Shown: piece after piece, positions 39,248 to 50,034 of the stretch
Layout of the letters: each line of letters starts with the position of its first letter
Numbering within the stretch: position 1 is the stretch's first letter
Virus record (IMG/VR): IMGVR_UViG_3300022682_000016
Coordinates: 26,313 to 90,312 of that record
From: a virus
Direction: 5' to 3' (one strand)
Length of the DNA: 64,000 nt
Made by a program: the position numbers and the translations under genes
The notes under the pieces: model-generated
Told to the model about the DNA's origin: nothing
Databases searched by the model: none
What the model saw: the letters and a program-made list of their open reading frames with translations, nothing else

Positions 39248-41998
39248 TTAAAAGTTCATATTACGCACATTATCAGGTACATGAATCGTGTTAACCCCAT
39301 TTAATTTAGACGCCACCTTTTCTAATTGATTCATTGTTCTTAGAGCAGATGTCTCAACCATTTGCAATTTACGAAAATTCCTGGAAGCTTCTAAGGCATC
39401 AGCAGCCATTTGTTGAGCAATTTTAAGGTTATCACCCAAACCTTTATTCCAGTTCTTTACAGAAGTATCAAATTTATTAACACTGACTTTCATATTGTCA
39501 CCAGCTTTAGCAGCGTCTGGTAACACGTCTTTAATATTAATACCGCCACCACCACCCTGTAAAAAAGAATCTAATATAAACTGTAACCCAGAACCCCAAG
39601 ATTGTATATTAGAGTCAAATATGGAACCAGACATTCTCTTAAACATTGCAAGCTGATCTGCTAATGAACCTCCGCCTTGTTGGATCATACCTTGAACATT
39701 TGAGGACATTAGTTGACCCATACTAGACAACGCTTCACTTTTTGATATACCAGCCATACTCCCACCGGCTGCCTGTAATAGTGCTTCAGAAGGTTTTGCA
39801 TCTTTGTTCCCTGCCCATTCCATAAACTGTGGGATAAGGACGTCAACTCCACCCAATGTTCCGGCACTACTGAATATTTTACCTAATACTCCCCCTGCGG
39901 TTTTTAATTGGGATAACATTAAACCACGCATACCTTCACTAGCACCTCCAGGACCTTTCATAATAGTCCCTAAATCTTGCAATGATACTGAGCCTGTACG
40001 GAGATGTTCATTAAATGATACTAATAAGGCATTTGACGCTTGTTGGTCATAACCATATTGACGGTTTATTTTTGAAAGTTGTTCAGATTGTGAAGCTAAT
40101 TCAGAAAATCGGACATTTGTATTACTAACTATTTTTGCTAATGTCTCAAATTGGACACTTGCTTCAGAACCGGTTGTTTGCATAACATCCATTTGAGTAC
40201 GCATTATTTTTGCGTATTCTCCAGGATCAATCTGACCCTTAGCAATCATACCTCCAATCATATTTAGAGATTTTGCAGCTTCATCTGATGCTTTTTTAGG
40301 ATCGTCGAACATGTCCCGAATACCGGTAGACATAGCCTGATGCCATTGAGCGACTTTGGATGTTGGTTCACCGACAGCCTTACCAAGTCGTATAAAGTGA
40401 TCTACCAATGCCGAAGTCTCGCCAGGAAGCATATTAAAATTTTCAGCGTATTCTTTCATTAGACCAGTAACTTCTGGCCATGTCGTAGCACCATCTGCGA
40501 CAGCTTTAGTGAATTTAGCAGTAACCTCTGCCCCAGCGGCTAATGATTTTTCAGCATCTTTACTTACTGCTAAATAGGATTTAGAGATATCCATCATAGC
40601 CTTAACAGCTTCAGGTCCCGACCCACCCCATCTACGGGCAGATTCTTCAACAGTGTCAACCCATCCAGCTGCTGATTCGGAAGATTGATTAAATTGCTCT
40701 CTTAAGGGTTTCATAGCGCTCTTTAAAGCACCTAAATCACGAGTACCCTCATCAACTTTTAACGCAAAATCTCTTAAGCCTTTAGAAGCAAATTCTCTTG
40801 CCTCTTCATAACCACCTTTAGATGTTTCTAAAATGGATTCCTCTATAGCATCTCTTGTTTTTCGTATGGATACCGATCCTCGAATATTATATATAGCGTC
40901 CCCAATAACACTCGTCAGATGTTCTTGTATTTGTGCATATGTAGCGCTTTGAGATTTTAATTTAACATATTCAGCAGTAAGATCTTCTGCTGATATTCGA
41001 TTATGCCTTATAGCTGGATAAAGATCTTTAAGGATCAGATTCATTTCTTCATAAGATCCTCCAAGATGCGCTGATTTTTTAACAGTAGAATCTATTATAC
41101 TAAACCACTCATTAGTACTTGCTCCAGCAGTTCTAGCACTATTAGCTATAGCTCCAAAAATGTTTTCCATCTCATCAGATGTTCTGTGTGTAGTCCTACT
41201 CATATTACTAAGCATCTTAGATGCGTTTTCAAACCCAACACCAGCATCGTAAGCAGCTTCTGGAAGCCATTTAAAAACTTTAACAAGTTCTTCCCCTCTA
41301 ATACCACCCAACCCAAACATAGTACCCGCACCACGGGTGAGTTCTTCTTCAGTCCCTTGAGCTTCTTTTATAAAAGGTATTGGCAAACTTGCCCATAGCA
41401 TACTTTTTCTTATTTGCGAAGCGTTAGACGACCCACCAACACCTTCATCCATACCCATACCACCTGTACGGGTAATGCTACGCATCATACTAACTGTTTT
41501 TGCAGCCTCTTTCGCTAAGACACCACCAATACCTAACGCAAGTTTGCCAATACCAGGTGGAATTATTTTTTCTAGTTGACCGAATAAAGCCCCTACAGGG
41601 TCTTTAACTGCACGTTGTACGTTTGATAACGCTTTAGCACTGCTATCAGTACTTTTAGTGGGTAAATCTTTTTTTTGTTTATCCTGCTCGTTTGTTTGAC
41701 TCTGTAATTCTTTTGTAATTTCTTTCTGAGTGTCTAAAGAATCCTTAGTAAGTCTGGATACTTGTTGGGCATTTGTTATTATCTGACTAGTAATTTCTCT
41801 ATACATTACCATATTCATAAGCATGTCACGTTGCTCTGTACTGGTACTTTTCATGTAGTCTAATAACTTCTCGTTACTCTGACCGGCTTTAGACATGTGA
41901 TCCGCAATTTCCATAGAACTCTGTACAATGTCATTTAACAATTGTATAGTGTCATCATCTGCGCCTACGTTAATACTTCCTAATGGTTGTTCAGCCAT
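39248..41998 (-). CDS. Tape measure protein
   Basis: 916 aa, helical and A/G/S/M-rich, downstream of the tube and chaperones. Confidence 0.8.
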   Translation of the reverse strand: MAEQPLGSINVGADDDTIQLLNDIVQSSMEIADHMSKAGQSNEKLLDYMKSTSTEQRDMLMNMVMYREITSQIITNAQQVSRLTKDSLDTQKEITKELQSQTNEQDKQKKDLPTKSTDSSAKALSNVQRAVKDPVGALFGQLEKIIPPGIGKLALGIGGVLAKEAAKTVSMMRSITRTGGMGMDEGVGGSSNASQIRKSMLWASLPIPFIKEAQGTEEELTRGAGTMFGLGGIRGEELVKVFKWLPEAAYDAGVGFENASKMLSNMSRTTHRTSDEMENIFGAIANSARTAGASTNEWFSIIDSTVKKSAHLGGSYEEMNLILKDLYPAIRHNRISAEDLTAEYVKLKSQSATYAQIQEHLTSVIGDAIYNIRGSVSIRKTRDAIEESILETSKGGYEEAREFASKGLRDFALKVDEGTRDLGALKSAMKPLREQFNQSSESAAGWVDTVEESARRWGGSGPEAVKAMMDISKSYLAVSKDAEKSLAAGAEVTAKFTKAVADGATTWPEVTGLMKEYAENFNMLPGETSALVDHFIRLGKAVGEPTSKVAQWHQAMSTGIRDMFDDPKKASDEAAKSLNMIGGMIAKGQIDPGEYAKIMRTQMDVMQTTGSEASVQFETLAKIVSNTNVRFSELASQSEQLSKINRQYGYDQQASNALLVSFNEHLRTGSVSLQDLGTIMKGPGGASEGMRGLMLSQLKTAGGVLGKIFSSAGTLGGVDVLIPQFMEWAGNKDAKPSEALLQAAGGSMAGISKSEALSSMGQLMSSNVQGMIQQGGGSLADQLAMFKRMSGSIFDSNIQSWGSGLQFILDSFLQGGGGGINIKDVLPDAAKAGDNMKVSVNKFDTSVKNWNKGLGDNLKIAQQMAADALEASRNFRKLQMVETSALRTMNQLEKVASKLNGVNTIHVPDNVRNMNF

Positions 41999-42001
41999 AT
42001 A

Positions 42002-42424
42002 TTAAGATCTCTTTAATATTTTAGAAATTGCTTTTTTATCAGATTCGGATAATCTTGAACGTTCATAATCTCGCATAACTTTTTCATGCTTAGACACTAA
42101 TTGCTTAGAGGTATCTGGATCTTTCATTTCCAATTTTGATTCCTCATCTTTAAGCTTACGGTACAGTTCCGGTTCTATAAAAAATGAAAGCCTATCTGTC
42201 ATAGACTTTAATAATTCAGAATTAAATTTCCTAGACTCGTTTTCTTCAGAAACTATCAGTTTATAGTACAAAAACCGTCTAACAGGATTACGCATCTCTC
42301 TACGAAATCCCGGATCAAATAAACTTTTATAACCCAAAGACTTCATAACTTTGAACTGCATTAGTAGTTCTTTGTTATCGATAGTGTTAATAGGTAATTC
42401 TGTATACCCTGCTTTAGGTAACAA
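42002..42424 (-). CDS. Tail assembly chaperone-like protein
   Basis: Located between the tube chaperone and the tape measure; TTG start with SD AAGGAG. Confidence 0.55.
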   Translation of the reverse strand: MLPKAGYTELPINTIDNKELLMQFKVMKSLGYKSLFDPGFRREMRNPVRRFLYYKLIVSEENESRKFNSELLKSMTDRLSFFIEPELYRKLKDEESKLEMKDPDTSKQLVSKHEKVMRDYERSRLSESDKKAISKILKRS

Positions 42425-42436
42425 GTCTATGTCTCC

Positions 42437-43174
42437 TTATGAAGTATAAGGTTGTTGTTTCGGACTACCTACAGATGGAACATCTACTGTACCCTCATTA
42501 TCTATAGTATCATCAGCTTTAGGTTTTGTAGTACCCTCAACTGCTTCTGAAAATGCGTTTGCTAATTCAGCTTCCTGCTTCTCCCTGCCTTTAGAATGTT
42601 CTTTAAATAGTTTTGTATGAGGATCATCTACAGGTTCTTCTTGAGAAGGTGCTTCTGGCTCCTCTTTAATCACAGGTTCTTGAGGAGCAGGCTTCTTAAT
42701 ATCACTTAACTGTTCAATAGCTTCCATAACATGCATATTGCGAAGCATTTCTTTTTCTGAATATTTAGCATCTAAGTATTCTATTTGGGCATCTGACATA
42801 CGAGAAAGTATTGCCCAAAGCTCTCTCTGAGCAGGAATATTAGACTCATCACTGTAATCTCTATCATCAATGGATTGAATAGATTTATGAAGCTTTAGCC
42901 GCCTCATAACCCTGACACGAAGAAGTGCATCAGAAGAGTATTGAGTAGTCTTTTTTAATAAATCTATATGATCTTCATCCCATAATATGGCCATTTCAAC
43001 AGTGTACTGTTTACCATTAGTTCCGAGCACCTGAATAGGTTCCTGAAGTTGACCATAATTGACAAGATCAAGGAGATCCGACTCCCGAAGTTGTTTATCG
43101 TCTTCAGGAGTCAGATCAAATAATATATCAGAAGCTTTTCTATTTTCCTGTTCAGCTAAAATACTACCAGCCAT
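42437..43174 (-). CDS. Tail assembly chaperone
   Basis: DLVNYG...., L..SI.SID, L......IEYL...Y pattern; follows the tube gene. Confidence 0.6.
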   Translation of the reverse strand: MAGSILAEQENRKASDILFDLTPEDDKQLRESDLLDLVNYGQLQEPIQVLGTNGKQYTVEMAILWDEDHIDLLKKTTQYSSDALLRVRVMRRLKLHKSIQSIDDRDYSDESNIPAQRELWAILSRMSDAQIEYLDAKYSEKEMLRNMHVMEAIEQLSDIKKPAPQEPVIKEEPEAPSQEEPVDDPHTKLFKEHSKGREKQEAELANAFSEAVEGTTKPKADDTIDNEGTVDVPSVGSPKQQPYTS

Positions 43175-43222
43175 GGGTCATCCTTTCCTATAACAATTTT
43201 AGGCGGTAGAGTTATCCCAACT

Positions 43223-43831
43223 CTACACGTTACTGGCTACATAACCTACAGAAATATTACCATTATCAGCTACAGCTGCGTTACCCAAGTTAATTGGTAC
43301 GGCCATACTGCTCAGTGTACAATTCTTGTACACACCAACAATATTACCATTAGCCGCATCTGATTCAGTAACTTTGAATCCTGGAGCACTGCTAACTGTG
43401 GACGGGTACGAGTGACGAACAACAATATCAAATGGAATATTTTGTTGGTCAAGCGACATAAGAAGCTGAATACCCGCAATACGTCCAGCTGAAGCACCGA
43501 CACCAATCTCACCCGCATCAATAGTTGCTCCGGCTCTGTTAGTACCTAAATCTTCAGTATTAGCAGTATTAGAGTACACATAGAAACCGTTAAAGCCTAA
43601 TGTAGGTGCATCTGGTGTCACCACGGTATCAACAGCAATACCAGCATCTACAGAATTAAGGTGTCGAATCTGAGTAACGGTTCTGCTATGGTTGATGTTT
43701 ACCTGATTAAGAAACCCGATGTGAGCGTCCCCGTCAAAGAACACATCAAAACAAGTTGACATCGCAACGTATTTTGACGCTGACTGCGGAACTCCCCCAA
43801 CTTTATTTTGGTCAGAAATTATTCCTGCCAT
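43223..43831 (-). CDS. Tail tube protein
   Basis: IGFL..V....SR....IR.L, SL.QQ.IPFDI, YKNC...S; follows the sheath gene. Confidence 0.8.
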   Translation of the reverse strand: MAGIISDQNKVGGVPQSASKYVAMSTCFDVFFDGDAHIGFLNQVNINHSRTVTQIRHLNSVDAGIAVDTVVTPDAPTLGFNGFYVYSNTANTEDLGTNRAGATIDAGEIGVGASAGRIAGIQLLMSLDQQNIPFDIVVRHSYPSTVSSAPGFKVTESDAANGNIVGVYKNCTLSSMAVPINLGNAAVADNGNISVGYVASNV

Positions 43832-43858
43832 GTTTTATCTCCTTTATTTAGTTCAGCA

Positions 43859-45706
43859 TTAACCTGCAATGTCAAAACCCCATTCAAACTTAATAACGTT
43901 TGTTGGGTAGATTGGTTTATAATTGAAACGCACATACACCCAAGTAGGATTGGTAGTATCTTGCTGAACACTCGGATCTGTATAGCTCCGAATAATCTGA
44001 TCACGGACAAGTGCATTCAAACTGTCCTTAACAGTCTTATTAACACCTGTTAATAATGTGTCAGTAAGTTTCTTACCAATAAACTTGGAGTGGTTATCAC
44101 GAAGAACTTTAGCCATATAAGCTTCTGCCATGACAATGGACATTTCAGAATCTTCAACACTTGCCTGAGAAAGTGTTAGTCCGTGACGAACAAACAAATT
44201 ATTGAATCGGTCTTCAAGAACTAATCCACCTGCGGCAGCAATGGTGTCTTTGCGAGTATCTGTCCACAAAGCAACACTACCTTCTTCTCCGGAAGAAATA
44301 CCATAAACCTGTTTGTTTGTAGCAGGAACGGCAGGGTCTGACAAATTAGCAACCATGCCCATAGTGGCGATTGCATGCCAAGGACCATCGACTGCCTGAT
44401 TCAAGGTATAAGGCGTGGTATCTGTAATACCGGCAATACTGTTATATTTATCAACAGTGTTTTGCCAAGAATCCACATGAGGTTTACCGCCATCTGTAAC
44501 AACATATACACAGCGATTAGAACCGTTAAGAGCTAACAGTTTATCAGTAAGTGTAGATACGTTTGTATCAGCCATTACATCAGAGGTAGTGCTGACAAAG
44601 CAGAACCGTTCTTTAGCATTTTCTACTGAACTCATATCTTCACAATGAGCAACTAAAGTTTCGTTCACAGTGTCACTGGAAGAAGAGGTTGAGATAAGGA
44701 CAAGTTCTTGAATAGATTCGCAAGCAGCGATAGCGTCTTGGAAACCAGTAATTTCACCTGTAGAAACTTGAGGAGCAACCGCATACATTGACCCAGCAGC
44801 GTTTCCAACTCCAGCAGGCCCCATAACGAGACGAGCAGCATTTGAAATTTCTGAACCAATACCGTGATACTGTTGTACAGTTTCAGTATCGAAGAATCTT
44901 TGAGGAGAATTGTAAGTATAAGAAGAATAAGTGTAGGTAACATAAACATAATCACCGTTAGCGGGAGTATGTTTAGTGGTATTACTCGAAGGAAGTGTTA
45001 CAGCACCTGCTGATATTGCAGCTGTAAGAGTAGCACTCACAGTTGTTCCAGTAAGAGTTGCCGGAGTTGGGGTCTGCAATGCCCACTGAGCAGCAGTACC
45101 ACTACTGGGTTTTGCATAAATAAGGTAATTGTTAGCGTTACGAACCTTACCCCATTTAACAATAATGGATGCGGAACCACTTGCAACTGCCAATTGTGTA
45201 GTAGCAGCTATTGTCGTATTATTATTAGCATCTCTAGCAACAATAGCAATGTCATAAGTATCAGCAGCAATAGACCCGCCAGTACTTTCAGTAACACTAT
45301 CAAATTCAGGAGGAAAGATAGTAGGTGCACCAGTAAAATTAAGAATGCCAGTTGTTTTATCAACTGTAAAGTCTGTGCCTTCTAAATATTCACGCTTATT
45401 TGGGTTGTTGTGATCAGTAGACACTGATAATATTTCAACAACAGGAAGGCGAGGAATAGCAGATGTCTTGTAGGTAGCACTGTTATAGGTTATCTTGTCA
45501 TAGTTTAGAGTGTCACCACCCTGAACCATTTGACCATTGATGTAGATATTTTCTTCATCACCCGAATTGTTAGCTGTACGAGCAACTGACATTGTCCGAC
45601 CCAATGTCTTAGCAATAACTGCCGGAATAAAAAAGTTTGTGTTTCCTAACGGAGTTCCAGGAAGACCTGTGCGTTCCGTAAGTACTGAGGGTTTTTGATA
45701 GGGCAT
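43859..45706 (-). CDS. Contractile tail sheath protein
   Basis: MPYQKPSV, H...MS.....ER, P.TNK...G, VRHGLT, FIGKK, V.F.Y.P.YP.N.I. Confidence 0.9.
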   Translation of the reverse strand: MPYQKPSVLTERTGLPGTPLGNTNFFIPAVIAKTLGRTMSVARTANNSGDEENIYINGQMVQGGDTLNYDKITYNSATYKTSAIPRLPVVEILSVSTDHNNPNKREYLEGTDFTVDKTTGILNFTGAPTIFPPEFDSVTESTGGSIAADTYDIAIVARDANNNTTIAATTQLAVASGSASIIVKWGKVRNANNYLIYAKPSSGTAAQWALQTPTPATLTGTTVSATLTAAISAGAVTLPSSNTTKHTPANGDYVYVTYTYSSYTYNSPQRFFDTETVQQYHGIGSEISNAARLVMGPAGVGNAAGSMYAVAPQVSTGEITGFQDAIAACESIQELVLISTSSSSDTVNETLVAHCEDMSSVENAKERFCFVSTTSDVMADTNVSTLTDKLLALNGSNRCVYVVTDGGKPHVDSWQNTVDKYNSIAGITDTTPYTLNQAVDGPWHAIATMGMVANLSDPAVPATNKQVYGISSGEEGSVALWTDTRKDTIAAAGGLVLEDRFNNLFVRHGLTLSQASVEDSEMSIVMAEAYMAKVLRDNHSKFIGKKLTDTLLTGVNKTVKDSLNALVRDQIIRSYTDPSVQQDTTNPTWVYVRFNYKPIYPTNVIKFEWGFDIAG

Positions 45707-45727
45707 ATAAAGTCTCCTTTACAGTAA

Positions 45728-46426
45728 TTATTTCAGCGAAGTTTCAGGTGGAGTTGGGACATTTCTAATAGTGTCTATATCCACAGTGTTAATCTTCATA
45801 TATTGACGCCACTCTGATCGGATAGGAAGTGTTAGAGGTATTCTATAAACTTCTCCACCCACATTTGTTCCGGTTACCCGAGTAGCGTTTGCAAAACGTA
45901 TCCTAGCCTGATCAATAATCATTTGCTTAGTTTGTAAACGATTAGGGATATACTGCATAATTCCTAAGAATACCAAATCGGCAAGTTCGTGAACACTGGA
46001 TTTTCCAGAATCGTATATCTCCAATGTTGTATTCATAAGCACCTGACCGCCATATACATCAAATATCTCATCACCATAAGTATCTTTACCTATCCGATTA
46101 CCTAAACTTATCGGCATAGACTCGGCAGGCATTGATTTAACAACAATTTGAGGAAGTCCTATAGTATCAGGAGTAAATTCATCTAAAACTGTTACTTGTT
46201 TATGAACTTTACCTAATCTCGTATTGAGTGCCTTAGTAAGATCATTGGATTGAAAATAATCTTGAAGAACTGTTATTAAGTAATCAGATACCTGATAGGA
46301 CAGACCAAAAATGAAAGTGGTGCTATAATAATTATTAACATCTGACCGATCGTCTCCAGTAGTGTTTATTTTAGTTACTAAAGTATCTCCAGCTAATCCA
46401 CTGGCTGGAAATTGATTAATAGCCAT
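45728..46426 (-). CDS. Tail terminator/completion protein
   Basis: V.DEF......LPQIVVKS, LADLV; directly upstream of the sheath gene. Confidence 0.6.
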   Translation of the reverse strand: MAINQFPASGLAGDTLVTKINTTGDDRSDVNNYYSTTFIFGLSYQVSDYLITVLQDYFQSNDLTKALNTRLGKVHKQVTVLDEFTPDTIGLPQIVVKSMPAESMPISLGNRIGKDTYGDEIFDVYGGQVLMNTTLEIYDSGKSSVHELADLVFLGIMQYIPNRLQTKQMIIDQARIRFANATRVTGTNVGGEVYRIPLTLPIRSEWRQYMKINTVDIDTIRNVPTPPETSLK

Positions 46427-46429
46427 AAA

Positions 46430-46855
46430 TTAGGTAATCTCCGTAGGAGGTGTTCCAGACCAGCCACTATCATTTGCCAATATGTATGTAATAATCGAAT
46501 TTATCTTATCTTTTAAAGTAGTGCTATCATTCTCAGAACAGGCTAATTCGTCCCCACCTAATTTTGGTAAAACAACAAATCTACTATAACCAGTTACTAT
46601 CTGAGGACGAAGTCCGGCTCTATAAGCCACCACTACATAAGTCCCATAAGAAACATCGGCAAAAGTATACTGTCCATCACCCTCTTCTGTAGCTGATATC
46701 GTATCCCCATCAGAATCAGTAGCTCGGGTACCTGTTATGGTATAATCGCTATTAACAGTTATTGGGTATTCGTACAGATGTAGGGTAAGGTCTTCCTGAC
46801 CGTACCTGGTGTATCGATCCTCAATTGCTACTGTAAAACGTGTTCTTGCTGCCAT
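46430..46855 (-). CDS. Small virion protein (prealbumin/Ig-like), paralogous to the tail-fibre N-terminus
   Basis: DGQYTFADVSYGTYVVVA motif; aligns by eye with aa ~1-105 of 29421..31706. Confidence 0.6.
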   Translation of the reverse strand: MAARTRFTVAIEDRYTRYGQEDLTLHLYEYPITVNSDYTITGTRATDSDGDTISATEEGDGQYTFADVSYGTYVVVAYRAGLRPQIVTGYSRFVVLPKLGGDELACSENDSTTLKDKINSIITYILANDSGWSGTPPTEIT

Positions 46856-46927
46856 ATTTCTCCAATTAGAGACACTATAGTCCCCTACCCTTGTATGTGG
46901 TGTTGAATTGGGTATATACTTTTTAGA

Positions 46928-47353
46928 CTAAAAACTTTGATTTTTTATTAGATTTAACAGACCTTTTTCTTTTATGTGAGATAGTATCTTCTTTAAGATA
47001 TTTTCTGGAAGGTCTGAGGAGCCTAACTCTTTATAAGGTTTGTACACAGGTTCTTTTATTGATGTATGCTCAATATCATCAATAGACATGGATTCTGGTA
47101 AAAGAAGTCCGCTCAAATCTAAAACTAGATTAGGAATTATAAGTTCATCATCAGAAATATCTGGCAATAGTACATATAAATTTATAGAGTCATCTTTGTT
47201 AATATCGTATCTAATGTTATATTTATTATTATCAATATTTACCCAAAACGTCTTAGTTTTATATTCTTTTAGATTCTTAGATGTTTGGGTAATATTATGT
47301 CTAATAGCTTTATATACAGAGTCTTTATCAATATTAACATCTAGTTTAAACAT
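46928..47353 (-). CDS. Hypothetical protein (AT-rich)
   Basis: 141-aa ORF on the module strand. Confidence 0.55.
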   Translation of the reverse strand: MFKLDVNIDKDSVYKAIRHNITQTSKNLKEYKTKTFWVNIDNNKYNIRYDINKDDSINLYVLLPDISDDELIIPNLVLDLSGLLLPESMSIDDIEHTSIKEPVYKPYKELGSSDLPENILKKILSHIKEKGLLNLIKNQSF

Positions 47354-47444
47354 TTTTATGTAATTAGATTATTGACCTATTATGATTTATGTAGTCAATA
47401 TGTGATGCTGTATTATCTAAACTTTCTTCTTGCATAACCTACCA

Positions 47445-48419
47445 TTAAAATCTTGCATATATTAGAGCCTGTACATTATTTAATCTTTCTTCATCTGTTA
47501 CCGGAGTTATTTCAAGCTCATAGGCTCCTCTGTCTGGAGCTGCGCCTTGTGGACGGCTGGTGCCTATTATATCTTCATCTGTTGCTGTACCCGAAGCTGC
47601 ATTAGCTAGTATTGCTTCTGATAATTCCGTCGGAGTTGCTGCTCTTGCTGACATAACTGACAGTGTATCTGATAATGCTTGAATAACTTGGTCTGTAAGA
47701 TTTGGATCTGTATCAACGACAGAATTTGTTGCGGGATTTATAAATGACAGTGTTACGTCTCCTGCACCGTAATTATAAAATGTGCAACTGTCTAAATAAT
47801 ATTCTAATGAAGCATCAATAGCAATATCAGTATCTCTAAAAACACAAAATAACGTATTATTAATTCGTATAAGCTGTTGGGGTGATTCTCCAAGAATGAT
47901 GGAAGCTTCGTTCTTAACAATAAATATAGAACAATTATTAAAACCGCCTTCAGTCTGTGACGATGGTCCACCAATAAATATGTATCTGCTGGTCAAGTAA
48001 ATCAAACAATTATTATACACTGGCCAAATAGCACCAGATGTTCCATTATTTATCTCACATAAAGTGTAATCATTTTCAAGTACAAGGTTGTCAAAGGAAA
48101 TTACTGCAGTTGTGTTCGGTATGGCCGAGTTTACTGATCGTTCATAAAATCTTCCAACTAATGTAGCGGGGGTGCTGCGTTCACTTGGGTCTGTCTGTAT
48201 GGTAATATTAAAATCATTAAACACTAAATCATCACCAGTGAGATTATAGTACTGATTGATTACGCCAAAAGATTCACCGCCTTGTACATTAAGCGTAACG
48301 TGATCCGTTAGCCCACCCATTTGGCTAACAAGAACGCTTATGGCAACAAATGCATCATCTAAAGTAGTATAATCTCCTGGTATTGCTGCCCCAGCCTTTC
48401 TGAGTGTTATAGTTGTCAT
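47445..48419 (-). CDS. Beta-helix (pectin-lyase-like) virion protein
   Basis: GDYTTL..A start, NNC repeats, C-terminal DIIGTSRPQGAAPDRGAYE. Confidence 0.65.
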   Translation of the reverse strand: MTTITLRKAGAAIPGDYTTLDDAFVAISVLVSQMGGLTDHVTLNVQGGESFGVINQYYNLTGDDLVFNDFNITIQTDPSERSTPATLVGRFYERSVNSAIPNTTAVISFDNLVLENDYTLCEINNGTSGAIWPVYNNCLIYLTSRYIFIGGPSSQTEGGFNNCSIFIVKNEASIILGESPQQLIRINNTLFCVFRDTDIAIDASLEYYLDSCTFYNYGAGDVTLSFINPATNSVVDTDPNLTDQVIQALSDTLSVMSARAATPTELSEAILANAASGTATDEDIIGTSRPQGAAPDRGAYELEITPVTDEERLNNVQALIYARF

Positions 48420-48429
48420 AGCAATCTTT

Positions 48430-50034
48430 CTATGTTAAAACCGATTCTACAGAGGTTAAATTTGCACCTGAGTAACTATACGTTTTTGTTTCTGTTATAC
48501 TTAATTGGACATACACTGTCTCCTCAGTAGTAACTTGCTTACTACCATTATACGTAAATGTCTTCGTTGACACCAATGTTCCTTTTCCGCTGTCTGTGTA
48601 TTTCGTTGCTGTGGCTATCGTACCATCACCGTTATATGTATATTCTATGTATTCAGAAATGGCTATGCCTTTTTTCTGTTGGGCTAAATAATCTAGGGCT
48701 TTTTGTAGGGTGTCAGGAGTTATCAACCAATGCGCAAGAGTAGTCGGCGTAAATTTTGAATTACCTAGATACTGATTATATACAAAAGACCCAGATCCTT
48801 GCATAAAATTTGCAGGTAGTATGCCTATAAAATTGTCATAAGATGAATCTATTGTATCGCCGGTGCCTGTATAATAAGGGTAAAATGTGACCTGAGTTCC
48901 TGTAGCATTTTCTCTAGCAACAAATGTATTAACAGTTGTCGGAACAAACGCATCATTGGCTTGGGAATCAACATATAAAAACCTAACCTCACCGCTTGGA
49001 GTTGCCCCATCATTTGGTCCCATCGACACATTATTACCCTTAACCACAGTTTGTCCAATACCGTGGTCATTGGTGTTTGTATAAATAATATTAAATATGG
49101 AATTAAATGTGTTCCCAAAATAGCCAATGAACGTATTATTTATAATTGTATAATAAGGGATGTCATCATTAGATATATTACATAAACAAGCAACACCAAA
49201 AACATCCGTAGATAAATTTATAGAACTTCCAGCTATGTTAATGAGACAATTAGTAGCGTCCCAATAACTGTGGGTAGCAGAATCCATATTAATTAAATAC
49301 CTATCAATACCGCTATCACCGCTAAAAATAGGGAACCAATAAAAATAACAGTTATTTGTTATAAGCCTAAAAGCCCCACCAGTCCCTTTTATTAATTGTA
49401 GGTGATGTGTAGAAACACCAAAATTAACATCTATAAATCGTAAATGACAGTTTTGTAAACTAAGCGTTGTCCCACCACCTCCCTGAAATATAGCAAAGTC
49501 TGCTGGAGTAAATACACCTCCAGGGCCATCTGGTATAGACACAAAAAGCACATCTCTAAATTCGAGAGATATGTAAGACAATGTGAAAACTGGACTGGTA
49601 GTATCTTGGGGAATAGATATTCTGACAGATGCCACCACGCTATCACCGCTAGTATATTTACCTGCTTGAACGTCTTGTGGGGAATAGGCTTGTATAACAA
49701 TAGAAGTGAGGGCAGAAGCACTTGACGTTAGTGTGATTTGTCTATCAATTGTATAATCACCCGCATCCATTAATATTAGTACTGTATGGTAAGTCAAGTC
49801 TTTAGATAGCTGATTGGCCGCTTCTAAAGCATCTGGTAAGTTATCATAATCAGCCCACGTTAGATCAGACCCAACCCTTATTACATTATTTGCTTTTTCC
49901 GTACTTTCTTCAATAATAAGACCAGTTCCTGTAAATCTTGGAACTTTACCAGCAGTAGCGTTCCCACTACCGGGAACTGAGGAAAAACCTATTCGTTTAG
50001 GAAGCTCAGTATTTACAAAATCTTCAAAAGCCAT
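48430..50034 (-). CDS. Tailspike/fibre-like beta-helix protein
   Basis: DY..L.DAL.AA...ILMDAGDY, NC/NN beta-helix repeats, C-terminal YTYNGDG/FTYNG repeats. Confidence 0.65.
   Translation of the reverse strand: MAFEDFVNTELPKRIGFSSVPGSGNATAGKVPRFTGTGLIIEESTEKANNVIRVGSDLTWADYDNLPDALEAANQLSKDLTYHTVLILMDAGDYTIDRQITLTSSASALTSIVIQAYSPQDVQAGKYTSGDSVVASVRISIPQDTTSPVFTLSYISLEFRDVLFVSIPDGPGGVFTPADFAIFQGGGGTTLSLQNCHLRFIDVNFGVSTHHLQLIKGTGGAFRLITNNCYFYWFPIFSGDSGIDRYLINMDSATHSYWDATNCLINIAGSSINLSTDVFGVACLCNISNDDIPYYTIINNTFIGYFGNTFNSIFNIIYTNTNDHGIGQTVVKGNNVSMGPNDGATPSGEVRFLYVDSQANDAFVPTTVNTFVARENATGTQVTFYPYYTGTGDTIDSSYDNFIGILPANFMQGSGSFVYNQYLGNSKFTPTTLAHWLITPDTLQKALDYLAQQKKGIAISEYIEYTYNGDGTIATATKYTDSGKGTLVSTKTFTYNGSKQVTTEETVYVQLSITETKTYSYSGANLTSVESVLT

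Noticed and set aside
42002-43174. Tail chaperone G/GT programmed frameshift
   Set aside because: No slippery heptamer was seen near the end of the first gene, and the second has its own SD and TTG start.
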